In this document: piece by piece, positions 1 to 10,645 of the stretch
How the letters are laid out: every line of letters begins with the position of its first letter
Position numbering within the stretch: the first letter of the stretch is position 1
DNA from: Macrostomum lignano
Taxonomy: Eukaryota
NCBI GenBank assembly: GCA_002269645.1
Contig: NIVC01002441.1
Coordinates: 1-64,000 of the forward strand
Reading direction: 5' to 3'
DNA: 64,000 nt
Notes under the pieces: generated by a model
What the model saw: only the letters and a program-made list of their open reading frames with translations
The model's database searches: none
What the model was told of the DNA's origin: nothing
Position numbers and translations under genes: made by a program

Positions 1-29
1 TATTGTTCCAAATATCGCGCGTAGCACCT

Positions 30-830
30 TTAGGGCACGAATCCGTTCACACCTTGCTGAGTCACTCTATCGCCTCGTGGTCTTAGATTATACCTTTCTA
101 CTGGCTGAGCTTCCTCATCTAACTCTATTGCTCCTTCCTCTTCTGATGGCTCATCTGAGTCAGTCACTCTCTGTATTCTCACTATTCAATTCTTCATTTC
201 CTTCATTTTCACTCTGCGAATTATTATCTGCAAACACTCTCCATTGAATTCTGTCTTTTTTGTCTGAGCTTTCCTCCTCTAAAATTTGAACTTCTGGAAT
301 TCTAACTTCTTTTTGTCCATGGCAAATTCTTTTCTTCGACTGTGGCGGTTCCTTCTTCTTAGTTTGTACTATTGCTAGTTCTAAATTGTTATTAATTTCT
401 TCGGATAAATTAATTTTGGATTTTGGCACTGGAGTCAGATTATTTCTATGTTTCTCTTCAAACAACTTTGCAAATTCTCATAGCTTCTCCTCGAAATCTA
501 TCTTCATTTCATCTCATCTCAACAACTTCTCACTCAATATCTCAACTCGACCTTGACCTCTCGAAAGCTTCTCTGCTAAACTCATGCCAGCTACAGCTCT
601 ACTGTCACGGGTCCTACAACTCTTAACTAATTCTCAAATCTCGAATCTCCTTCCACTATCTCAGTTTGGCCTCGTCAGTAGAATCGTAGAGATTCTGTAT
701 TAATCTGCTCTTTAGGCCTTACTGCCCTTCCTCTCTTGCATGGCCTGACTTTCTGAACCTTTCTTGGCTCTTCTGAAAGCATCATTGGCCTTTTCTTTCT
801 GCCTTTGGCCAATCCGCATTGGTCAAATAT
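30..830 (-). mobile_element. Degenerate gypsy integrase C-terminal tail
   Basis: Broken frames give RVVGPVTVEL, EKHRNNLTP, an acidic tract and RYNLRPR before TAA at 30-32, motifs typical of pol C-termini; several stops and frameshifts. Confidence 0.5.
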
Positions 831-1520
831 TGTTGACAATGCCTCAACAGCTCTCTGTACTCATCAGCACCACCATGACAGGCAAATCGCTCAATCAGAC
901 ACTGCTTGACCTCCTCGTAACTGGCAAAACGTGGAAGATTCATACTAAGCAAGGAAGGATATGCAGTAGCCAAATCCAGACTCGCAATGAGGTGTTGTTT
1001 CATCTCGAACGGGTCAACGATGCGCTCCATCTTGCAATGCTGCTCAAACGCGGCAAGCCAGACATGAATGTCCTGACTTGGAGTAAATTTCACAATTTTA
1101 ACTTGTTTACTCTCAGGCCGCTCCATCTGCTGCTGCAGAGCTGCCATCATGGTCCTCATGTCCTGGTGCGTGATGTTCCGGCCGATGTTGTCCAGGCCTT
1201 GCAGAAGCTCGTCTGGCGGGTCGTTGGAAATGTCACTTCTTGCACCTTGCCTCGGCGTCGGCTGCTGACCAAAGTTGTTGATCGCTGCTGCTGCTGCGGC
1301 GGCATCTGCTGCTGCAGGCCTCAAACTGCTAATGTGCTGATCCAGCCGGCTGCTGCACTGGCTCTCGTCTCGTTCATTGAACATGTTGAACTCGTAGTAG
1401 TTACTGGCCAATGTCGTTCTCAAAAGAGCGGTTGGCTTGGGTGTGTCGTAGTTGGATCCCACCACTGCGTCACCAGTGTTGTACTTGGGGGTTTTCTCGG
1501 GGTGGCCTGGTAGGTCTTTG
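782..1520 (-). mobile_element. Gypsy gag (capsid region), 3'-truncated
   Basis: ORF downstream of the PBS containing KFTPSQDIHVWLAAFEQHC...YEEVKQCLIERF, typical retrotransposon capsid pattern; similarity appears to end at ~830. Confidence 0.7.
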
Positions 1521-1539
1521 AATCCCACTGCTGCCACCA
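1521..1539 (-). promoter_or_regulatory. Primer-binding site, tRNA-Leu-like
   Basis: TGGTGGCAGCAGTGGGATT directly after the LTR CA; complementary to a tRNA 3' end ...AATCCCACYGCTGCCA-CCA, one mismatch to vertebrate tRNA-Leu as recalled. Confidence 0.7.
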
Positions 1540-1540
1540 G

Positions 1541-2519
1541 TGTTGTACCTGTGGTTGTCCTGCTGTAAAGCGCAGTGACTTGGGCTCCGTCCTCTCACTT
1601 AGAAGCCTTCTTAACTTTAGTAGCATAGGTAGTGCTGCCACTAGTTCCTTTAGGTCTCGGCCTTCGGTGAGGTAAGCTTCCCATCGGAACAAAATAACAA
1701 AGTCAACGAACACAGCACCTAGTGCAGAATTGCAGTTCAACGAACTAGGCGTCTCATCAACAGTACCTGCCAGGCTTGGATGGTAGAGGGAGGGCTGAGT
1801 TAGTCTCTCGTAGGCTTGGGCGCTTTAGTTGGGTCTCAGTCAGACCAATACGAACAGACTCAATGTATGCAAAGACTCAGACACTCAGGACGTGATCTCG
1901 GGAAGAACAAGACTAGCATAGAACTAGACACCTTGATGGAAACAAGGGGGAGAGGGCTCCTATTTATAGCTGGGAAACACCCACGCAGAAGACCCTCGTG
2001 ACTCATTCTATTTTTAGAACTGATGTCACTCGAGAGTCTTGGGCAAGGTACAAGCGTGCGGAAGACCTTGTGACTTGTTCTATTTTTAGAACTGACGTCA
2101 CTTGAGGCCCCCAGCCAGAGTACACGCGGCTGTGACTCAGTTGCTATTTTTAGCAACATGAGTCACTCCTCTCCTTAGAGAAGGAAGGGGTCCGAAAGCA
2201 CGTGACTCACCCAGTAAACAGGGCCAACAAGTGCAGTAAACATGTTTACTGCACTTTGAGACTGAAGAACGCAGAGTCTGTCATGTGACTTGCTCATATG
2301 ACAGAGGAAAACGGGACAGGAACAAAACAGAGACAGCCCACACCAAAGAAGCTAAGGGCTGAGAACGAAGATGCAGAAGGCCAGAACAGGCCAAGGGCAG
2401 CAGCAGACAAACAAAAGGGAGGGGCGGGAAGCTGACCAGCGGCAGATAGCAACCCAGGGCGAAGGCAAGGGAACAACTGACAAGGGCGACGCCTAACCAT
2501 AAACTAGCGGCTCACTACA
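1541..2519 (-). mobile_element. 5' LTR (~980 bp) of a Ty3/gypsy retrotransposon
   Basis: Minus strand starts TGTAGTGAG (2519) and ends ...ACAACA (1541), followed after 1 nt by a PBS; TATA-like GCTATAAATA at ~1961-1970; repeated enhancer-like modules in U3. Confidence 0.75.
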
Positions 2520-2889
2520 AATTCTAATGCTTTAATGTTTTTTATTATGCTTTTTAGACTTTTTAAATGCTAAAAAACATTTTAGCAATGAGAAAATAAT
2601 TTAATAAATAGTTTTATATCTGTATATAAGATCCAATTAAATGTGCTCATGAGCCACTGAAAACTAGATAGCATACCTAACAAGCCAAACAAACAACTTC
2701 ATTTGGGAGTACAAGATCTGTTAGCCAAAGTTTGCTAGTGAGAAATTTGCTTGCCAAAATCTGCTAGCCAAAATCTACTAGTTGAAATCTGCTAGACAAA
2801 ATATACTAACCAAAGTCAAGAAATAGTGACCTTCCCTTAGCTTGTTAATTAAATCCTCATATAGCAGTAGATACATGGTGTTAGGTTAG

Positions 2890-3560
2890 GACCTGCTAAG
2901 GTTAGCATTGAGCCTTTAATAGTCTATGGCAAGCCTGAGCCATCCATCTTTTTCTTGGCACAAATGATTCGAATGGCCCAGGGTAACAAACTTGGCTATA
3001 TCAGCCCAGTGTCTAATAGTTTATTGATTTTATACCACACTTCCCCTTCTTCAATCAGAGAGCTAGTGCACTTTTGTATATTAGGGGACAGCTACTGGTT
3101 TCAGCCATGTTATATGCAATATTGACTAATAGCAAACTCCTATCTTCTTTCTATATCATGTAATCAAACTTCTCCAATAGAGCATTAATTTCTTTCTGCT
3201 ACTCCTCTGGGAGATCTGGGCTCACCTTGTAAAAAACCTTCCCTTTTATATATAGTGACTGCTTTCTCTATTTGGGCCAAGCTCAATGATACAATTGTAG
3301 AGGCTTGGGCAATGGTATCAGTGAGTCCCCTCCATTAGCTATAGCCAGATTTGCACTGCCACAAAAACTCTAGGTCACTCTACTGCTTGTGGCCACCCAT
3401 AGTGGCCTTAATGACTAGGCCCAAATGCTCTCAAAATGTAATCCAAGCTAGCAAGGACATGTCTTTGCCAAAACTGCAATTCAGCCTATATTCATGCAAC
3501 TGGCATAGTGCAAAGGATGATTTGTCACTGGACATAACACATAACTTGTTTCCACCAATG
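2890..3560 (-). mobile_element. Old, CpG-erased Ty3/gypsy pol relic (protease end, linker, RT N-terminus)
   Basis: Minus translation gives DLPEE*QKEINALLEKF, then INKLLDTGLI*PSLLPWA...KK-DGWLRLAIDY*RLNA, matching the RT start consensus LLxxGIIRPSxSPWASP...KKDGxxRLCIDYRxLN. Confidence 0.75.
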
Positions 3561-4554
3561 TGAAGACTTGAAAATGCAAAGTTTGTCAATATCAATACTA
3601 GCAATGGACCAGCTTACAAGCCAAGATGCATATGTTTATCTTACTTTGCATATTTGCAACAACTTCTTCATGTTCATTTGCAACCTAGGGGTACACAGCA
3701 TATACTGTGTCTTATCACCTTCTGCTTATGACAATGGACTCATTTCTAAGAAAGAGAACATTTTTATATCAGACTAACATTTCCATGGTAGCAATGTTTG
3801 AAACAATTTATTTTAATTGTAAGGCCTGTTTATAAGTAACTTTTGCATTAAAAAATTCATAAATTTTCTAGGCACAAAATATTTTCTATTCATATTTTGG
3901 AAGAAAAGTTCTTGTCTATATTTTGGATGACAAAAAATCTTATGCAGGCTACCATGTGCCAAATTTCTCTTATTGAGTAGGGATTATACCATTGGCAGTG
4001 TGGGCTTTGTTTGAGGAAAGAAAAGAGGAAAATAATAATAAAGAAAAAAGATGAGAAAATTATTAGGCCTTTATGTTCAAGGCCCCTTAAGTCATTTAAA
4101 TTGCTCTGTCTATGCATTGCAAAAAGAAGCATGCATATAAAAATGTATCATGCATTTCATTATTAAAAAATCTTATTCTCTATATTTTTTATGCAATATT
4201 GTTCATAAGTTCAAATATCATATTCATTTTGTAACACTACAATGATCATTGTTAAATTCATAATCATTTGTGACTGACGACTAGAGTCTTGGAACTCTGG
4301 AAGTTTAATATAATTCAAATGCATATTTAGTATTTTAGAAAATATTTTATTATACCAATTGGCTCCTAGAATTTTATTTTGGTCCATCAATTTTTTAGAC
4401 TTAGAGTGCCACTAGACACCATATGGTTCTGACAAAAGTCTTAGGTTAGAGATGTACTAAACTGCCTACATTGGAATTAAACATCTTCAATAAACAATAA
4501 CTTCATGCCAGCACAGCACCTGTCCAGCCCCCACACCTTAGCAACTGGTCCGTT

Positions 4555-5103
4555 ATGCTCCAGCAGCCCCCCGAGTCACCAGACGAGTCGCCAGAGGATG
4601 AGGTGAGCATACCTCGGGCGGCGTTAAACAAATTCATCAAAGAGGTGGCGCCAGAAGCCAGAGTAACCAACGACGCCAGGGACCTGTTAATCGCCTGCTG
4701 CAACGAGTTCATCCATCGCCTAGCAACCGAATCTAACAGAGTGTGCGGCCAGAGCAATAAGAAAACTATTAATCCGGATCACGTGCTGCAGGCGCTCGGC
4801 TGCCTGGGCCTTGCCGAATACCGCGGCGAAGCCGAAGAGGCCGGACAGGGCGCTAAGCGCGAAGTTGTTGAACGGCGCAAACAGACAGCCAGCTATAAGT
4901 TCAAGAATTCCGGCCTGAGCTACGAGGAGCTGCTCAGCTTGCAGACGGAGATGTTTGCCAAAGCCCAGGCGCAGATGCTGCAGGAGACAGACGCTGTGAC
5001 TGAAGAGGACGCCAGGCAGTTGCAGGAGGCCGCCGCTCTGGACGCGGCCGCTGGCGGAGCCGCAGCTGCAGCTGGCGGGTCAGCAGATGACGAGTATGAT
5101 TGA
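4555..5103 (+). CDS. DR1: Negative cofactor 2 beta / Dr1 (histone-fold TBP regulator), intronless, 182 aa
   Basis: EDEVSIPRAALNKFIKE...RVTNDARDLLIACCNEFIH...KKTINPDHVLQAL...SGLSYEELLSLQTEMFAKA and a C-terminal DDEYD match Dr1/NC2beta. Confidence 0.95.
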   Translation: MLQQPPESPDESPEDEVSIPRAALNKFIKEVAPEARVTNDARDLLIACCNEFIHRLATESNRVCGQSNKKTINPDHVLQALGCLGLAEYRGEAEEAGQGAKREVVERRKQTASYKFKNSGLSYEELLSLQTEMFAKAQAQMLQETDAVTEEDARQLQEAAALDAAAGGAAAAAGGSADDEYD

Positions 5104-6464
5104 GTCGGCCGTGACCCATCCCGCTGGGAACCTATGGGGAACTTTAGCCTATGTAGCCTTGTGTATTGAGAGAGTGGGCAGTTTTCAGTAGTTGCTAAGA
5201 CACTTGGGTGTGGTTAAATCCAGGTGAGACTTGGTTTCCTTTACTTTCATTGTTGCTTGTTTGATGACAGTAGACTTACTATGTCTATTAAAAATGTTCT
5301 GCAACTTCAATATCGTATTGCTAATCCGTTAATTCTCTTTTCATTCGCTATTAGATTATCTTTGTTTGTCCTTCTTTAGCCCTGGATAATTAATTCTACC
5401 TGTTTCTGACTTACTGCAAATCCATGAACAGCTAGAAGGAGTAGACCGGTTGAAAATGTTCCCAAGACAAAAATCGCTAAAGTGTCATTGCAAACAACTC
5501 CCTGGTTTCTCTAGGGCCGACTTTTATGACTTAGCGACGAGCGCATCACGTAAGTTGCAGAATCGTAAGAGTCGCGAGAAATTCGTCCAAGAGAGCAAGT
5601 TTTCTGTTTCATTTCGAATTCGCACTCCCAAATAACCGATTAGGATAGGAACAAATTGAAATTTCGACCCAACTTTGCTGCCTTGCCGGTCTCCGGTAGC
5701 ATATTTCATGAAAAAAAACCTTGCTCAGACAAAACGCATACTGGCTTCATTTGTGATGCTGAAGTCCAGAATGTGAGGGATTAAGAATTCTGTCTCGCCA
5801 AGGAAGAAAATTCTTCAGTTGAAAACTGATTAGTCAAGTTAATTTTTCTTAACTGGAAATTTTCTCTGGCTGTTCCTTCTGTTAGAATTATCTATTATTA
5901 TAATTTATTATTATAATCTCCTGGTTAACTTTTCATTGTAAGTAAAAATGCTTTGCTTACTACTCATAGCGACTAGCGAGTTTCAGGATCACTAGAAGTA
6001 GAAGGATGAGACACCTGGTCTCTAACTGCCGTGCCTGGACTCGCCATTCTCGCCATGTAACTTAAAATAATCTATAGCAAATAAATGCTTATCATAATAT
6101 ATATTCTATCTGCCTGCCAGTGTGCGTGTCCCGTGTCCTGTTCCAGCGGGTGCATTTTTAGCAATGCTTAAAAAATCTGCACCTTCTTGTTTGTCAATTA
6201 TATTACTATCACTATGTTATTTTGTAATGTGCTTCAGTTTCTAAAAAAATGGTGTTTCAAGTTGAAAATGTATGCGAACACATATATAAATATGTATTTT
6301 ACACGATTGGTAATTTGTTTGCCATTATTTCTACACGTTGGTCGTTAAGAATCGATATTTATTATAATAGTCGAATGTCATCAGTTGCCCGAGGTAATTA
6401 TCAGTCAGTTGCTTGTACTGTAAACTGCTTGTAAACAGGCATTTTTACTACTAACTATATAGAT

Positions 6465-6870
6465 ATACAAGTACACCGACATCTCACTTCCAGCCCATAA
6501 GGTTCATTGATAGAGCGCCTCATAGAGTACTCGGTGCCCCAGCCTTGATTTAGCTGCAGGGGGGCTCCGGGCATCCGGATACAGCAGGGGAGGCGTTGCC
6601 GCCCAGTCCGCTAAACCCCTGGCGACCACGGGCAGCTGGTGCTGTGGTGTCGCGCACGGAGATCCGGTGGTGTCGGTGTCCGCAGCGCGGTCCCCCCCCC
6701 ACCCCAGAGTCCAGGAGGTGGATGGTCGCTCACCTGGTAGCCCTCAGGTAGCGGACAAGCTGGTAGAGGTTTGGGAAGAGGTAGGTAAACCTGTCCTGAG
6801 TAAAGGCGGGGCATTCGCAGGTGAAGTGCTCCACATTCTCAACATGAGATAGGGAGACGATGCTATGGCC
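6465..6870 (-). mobile_element. 5'-truncated non-LTR retrotransposon (ORF2 C-terminal zinc-knuckle end + 3'UTR)
   Basis: Minus frame HVENVEHFTCECPAFTQDR...LYQLVRYLRATR* resembles the ExxEHxxxxCPxxxxxR end of LINE ORF2, followed by a GC-rich tail; boundaries approximate. Confidence 0.6.
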
Positions 6871-6999
6871 GTAAAGAAATAAAGCATTAATTATGTACCA
6901 ATTTTCAAGGGCTATAACTCGTGTACCTAACAGGAGTCAATTAATTATGGAATCTTGCAGCTATCTAAAAATACCTGGAGGAGGGGAGTACAGCCTATT

Positions 7000-7341
7000 G
7001 AAAGCGCAAAGATTAGAAATCCTTTTAGTTAGAGGCAGGAGGCTGTGGCTGTGTGTGCGCACTTTAAGCGACATTGTCACACAACCGATGAGAGGCATTA
7101 CTGCCCGTTCCGCCGACTCCCCTGAGCAGGCACACAGAAGTGTACAGCGGCCCTAACTGTATTTTCGTTAGGCATGTACACTTCAATGTGCCTTCGGGTT
7201 GGCCTTCAAGGGCGTTAATTGCGCACGAGCAGAGCCGAGTCGAGATTCCAATTTAGCCCCAAATTAATATGACTGCACTTGGAATCGAGCCTGGGCCACT
7301 GGTACATCAGAGCGCCGCATCAGACCACTGGGCTAAGCCCC
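7000..7341 (-). mobile_element. tRNA-derived SINE
   Basis: A box TAGCCCAGTGG (7325-7335) and B-box-like GGCTCGATTCC (7281-7291) at tRNA spacing; no proper cloverleaf or acceptor stem; 3' boundary uncertain. Confidence 0.5.
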
Positions 7342-7500
7342 CCCCCCCCCCAAAATAAATTCATCCATGTTTATATTGAATAAAAAATGCGTCTTCATTT
7401 TTATACCTAGTGTTAGTAGCAAATAATTCTACTTTCCAATCAGTAGTATGATTCAACCCCAACAACAGACTTATTATTTATATTATGCATGCTAAAAGCG

Positions 7501-7770
7501 ATGACAACCTCGCAGAAGCACAGAAACTTTGTAGCCGAGCCGATGGGGGAAAAGCCGGTAACAGAACTGCCCGGCATTGGCCCCGTGCTGGGCGAGCGGC
7601 TTGCCTCAAAGGGCTGCGACAGGGCCTACGTAATCCTTGGCCAGTTTCTCGTTGTCAAGAAGGACAAAGAAATGTTTACCGATTGGTTGAATGACCAATG
7701 CAATGCCAATACTAAGCAGGCTGGCGACTGCTACAACGGTCTGGTTGAATGGTGTAACGCCTTCTTGTAG
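7501..7770 (+). CDS. BANF1: Barrier-to-autointegration factor, intronless, 89 aa
   Basis: [34 protein letters not shown]...[10 protein letters not shown]...WCNAFL is canonical BAF. The conserved start is 7501; an in-frame ATG also lies at 7489. Confidence 0.97.
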   Translation: MTTSQKHRNFVAEPMGEKPVTELPGIGPVLGERLASKGCDRAYVILGQFLVVKKDKEMFTDWLNDQCNANTKQAGDCYNGLVEWCNAFL

Positions 7771-10061
7771 ACAAGTAGTTTTTGTTAATGTATGCAGTAA
7801 GAAAAACTACTTATGCGCCCATGTATGAGTATATAGTACTCTCATATTTTGCTTATCTCTTTGTTAGAGGCAAAATCCAATTGTTTTAATTCAATGTGTT
7901 TCTTATTCAAGTTTTACTCATCCAGATTTATTCATTTATTTATTCGAGTGATTATCCAAGCATCCCATAGCCTAGCAACTTTTATTCAGATGCTTATTTT
8001 ATTTGCCTAATCTCTACTTCAGCATTGTACACACTTAGGTATAATTTTTTCGGCCTTAACTCTGAACTTGCCATTTCTGAATCTGAACAGTAGATCTGAA
8101 TCTACTGTTTAGACTGGACTGTCTAGACTGTTTATTGACGACGCTTATCATGTATTGTTTTTTTCCAGTGACCATTCTCTTTGAAGGGTGATGCCAATAC
8201 TTTATTATTTCCTACTATTAATTAACGTTGATATTTTGAGCAAATAAAGCAAATAAAAGTTTATTCCGAGATTAGTTTGTTAATAAGGGTGTAAAAAAAG
8301 AAAGAGATATGGACACTTAGCATACTTTCTTTAATTTGATTATTGTTTCGATCTCTCGTATTAGAATTTCGACAAGTGAGCTACCTTAAACTTCTCACTG
8401 CCATCATTAGTAGATTAGCCTTCTAGTGACATGCAGCTTTCACAAACAATTCTTTGTATTTTTCATGTGTGCATGCGTGCGAATAGCTTTAAAATGCAAG
8501 CCTGAATTCGCAATTATTGGTGCCTTCTGATTGGCTGTACCAGGGAATCCTATTTGTTTCACCCCATTTTTCAGTGTCGCTTCCTGGGGAGCGCAGCGAG
8601 CCAATAGGATTCCCTGGTTGTACCTATAACGCTCTGCAGTTTGGCACATTGCCAACTTTTGGTTGTAGTCAATGCATAAAACTACCGAATCTTCTGCATA
8701 AGGATCATAGATAAGTTCAGCATGCTGCCATTGGTCATTTGAACCGCTAATACAATGAATAATCAGATATTGAAATACGTAAAATTGCTAAATCTCCTAT
8801 CATTGTAAACTTATACAAATGGGCAGCGGATAGTTTTGCCAATATGTAGGTAGCACAGAAACTATAAATAGTTAAACACTAGAAGGTCTAGCAAATAAGT
8901 GAGATCTCGTATTTTCATTTAGTACTTAAAATTAAGTTTGGTAATAGAACGTCTACAAAATACAAAAGTGCTTACACGTACTAAAATATGTAGAACTTAT
9001 TAGGCGCTAATCATTCAATAAAATATATTTACAGCTTGTTAGGCTAAAAAGATTGTTACTGATAAGTATAAAAATGATTATAATAAATAGTCCCACATTA
9101 CTTTATCATACTGCTGCTTTGTTATACTTGTAAATATAAATTCTACGACACATTTTATGTTCAAAATTATTCAAAGATTCTATTTTCGCTGGCTTAGCCT
9201 TAGCTGGCTGCGCGAATTGCGCGCTTATAACCCTCTGCCCATCCAACTTAACTTTGTGAACAGTTTTGTCACGTTGCTATCATATGGTAATCGTTTAAAT
9301 AGAAGAGAACTTTTTGCTTGTTTTTTCTGTTTCTTCAGTCAATTTTATCGTTTACTTGTATCGAAATTGTCGGAAGACTGCACCGTACGTCCGTACTCAG
9401 AGCTAGAACAGTTTGGTTCATAAATATTTTCTTTTATTAAATGAAGCCTACTTTCTAAAAATTCCAGCCCAGACCCCAGAATCCCAGAGAAGAATTGTGG
9501 TAGAGCCAGAGTTGTCATTAGATTTGACTATCTTTGCTAACGCTAAAGCATTAGCGAAGGTAACAACACTTTACGAGTAGTATCTTGTCTCTTAATATGA
9601 ATAATGATAGTAGATTCTCATGTGACTTATGTCATAAATCATAATTGCAAAATACAAGGAGATTCTAGCTTTTTTACTATTTTCATTTTTAAATAGGCTA
9701 TGCCCATCAATGTGTAATGAGATGGAGAGTCTTTAAGAATATCTTTGCAAAAACTAGGTCAAATTGACACGACAGTTTTATTGGCGCATGACATGACTAA
9801 GATGGCCACACACTAAGATGGCCACAGCTCTGAATGGCTACATGGATAGGAGTAGCGAGTAGGCCCTAGGTCTATATATTTCCTCATTTCCCACTGGCTG
9901 TGATTGGGGTGGGGTATATACCTAACTTCAAGTTTCGGAGAAGACAGATTTTTTAATGAAATTAGATTAGGCCTAGGCCTAGTAAAATAAAAAAATACTT
10001 CCCTTTATTGCAGGTATTACTAGGCCTTGGCCTACTTACCAGTGTTGGGCATAATTCTGAT

Positions 10062-10645
10062 GGCAGTGCTTATCCCCACGGTACCGTAGGAATAATTTCT
10101 GTCTTATTCCAATGGTACCGTGCGAATAATTTTCTGCTTATCCGCACGGCACACTGAGGAGATAGCTGCCCTATCTTCTACATATGCCATGCGAATAATT
10201 TTCTGCTTATCCGCACGGCACACTGATGAGATAGCTGCCCTACACGTCTTCTGTTTTATTCCCTCTGCTTTACTAGCTGCCCTATCTGCTACAATATGAG
10301 CACTGTGCGTGAATAATAGCTTATTGAAAGGGAATTTGAACTAAGGATACTAAGAAGCTGTTGATCTTGATGTATAAACTCAAATAAGTTCTAGACTAGT
10401 ATATGCATGTGTAAATGCGTGTTATTCTGCTTTACTGATACCCTTTTGTATACTTATTCAACAATAATTCAACAAAGTTGTTATACTGCAGTCAAATCGT
10501 ATGTACTAAACTTCCCACGGCATATGTAGAAGATAGGGCAGCTATCTCGTCAGTGTGCCATGCGGATAAGTAGAAAATTATTCGCACGGTACCGTTGGAA
10601 TAAGACAGAAATTATTCCTACGGTACCGTGGGGATAAGCACTGCC
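10062..10645. mobile_element. Non-autonomous DNA transposon (MITE), ~130-bp TIRs, 9-bp TSD (Mutator- or Merlin-like)
   Basis: TIR GGCAGTGCTTATCCCCACGGTACC... at 10062-10191 and its reverse complement at 10516-10645 (5 mismatches); AATTCTGAT duplicated at 10053-10061 and 10646-10654; no ORF. Confidence 0.85.

Noticed and set aside
764-1513. 249-aa plus-strand ORF
   Set aside because: Antisense shadow of gag; no recognisable motifs.
1535-1537. GTG start of gag given by the ORF track
   Set aside because: Lies within the PBS; not a plausible eukaryotic initiator.
2521-3800. Classical fungal RIP as the explanation of the pol relic
   Set aside because: CpA and TpG remain abundant here (a 60-nt sample had CA+TG=10, TA=3, AT=6), so CpG decay suffices; the CpA effect is only proposed for the 12-kb block.
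10040-10061. hAT-like terminus CAGTGTTGGG just left of the MITE
   Set aside because: No matching inverted end or TSD found in the window.
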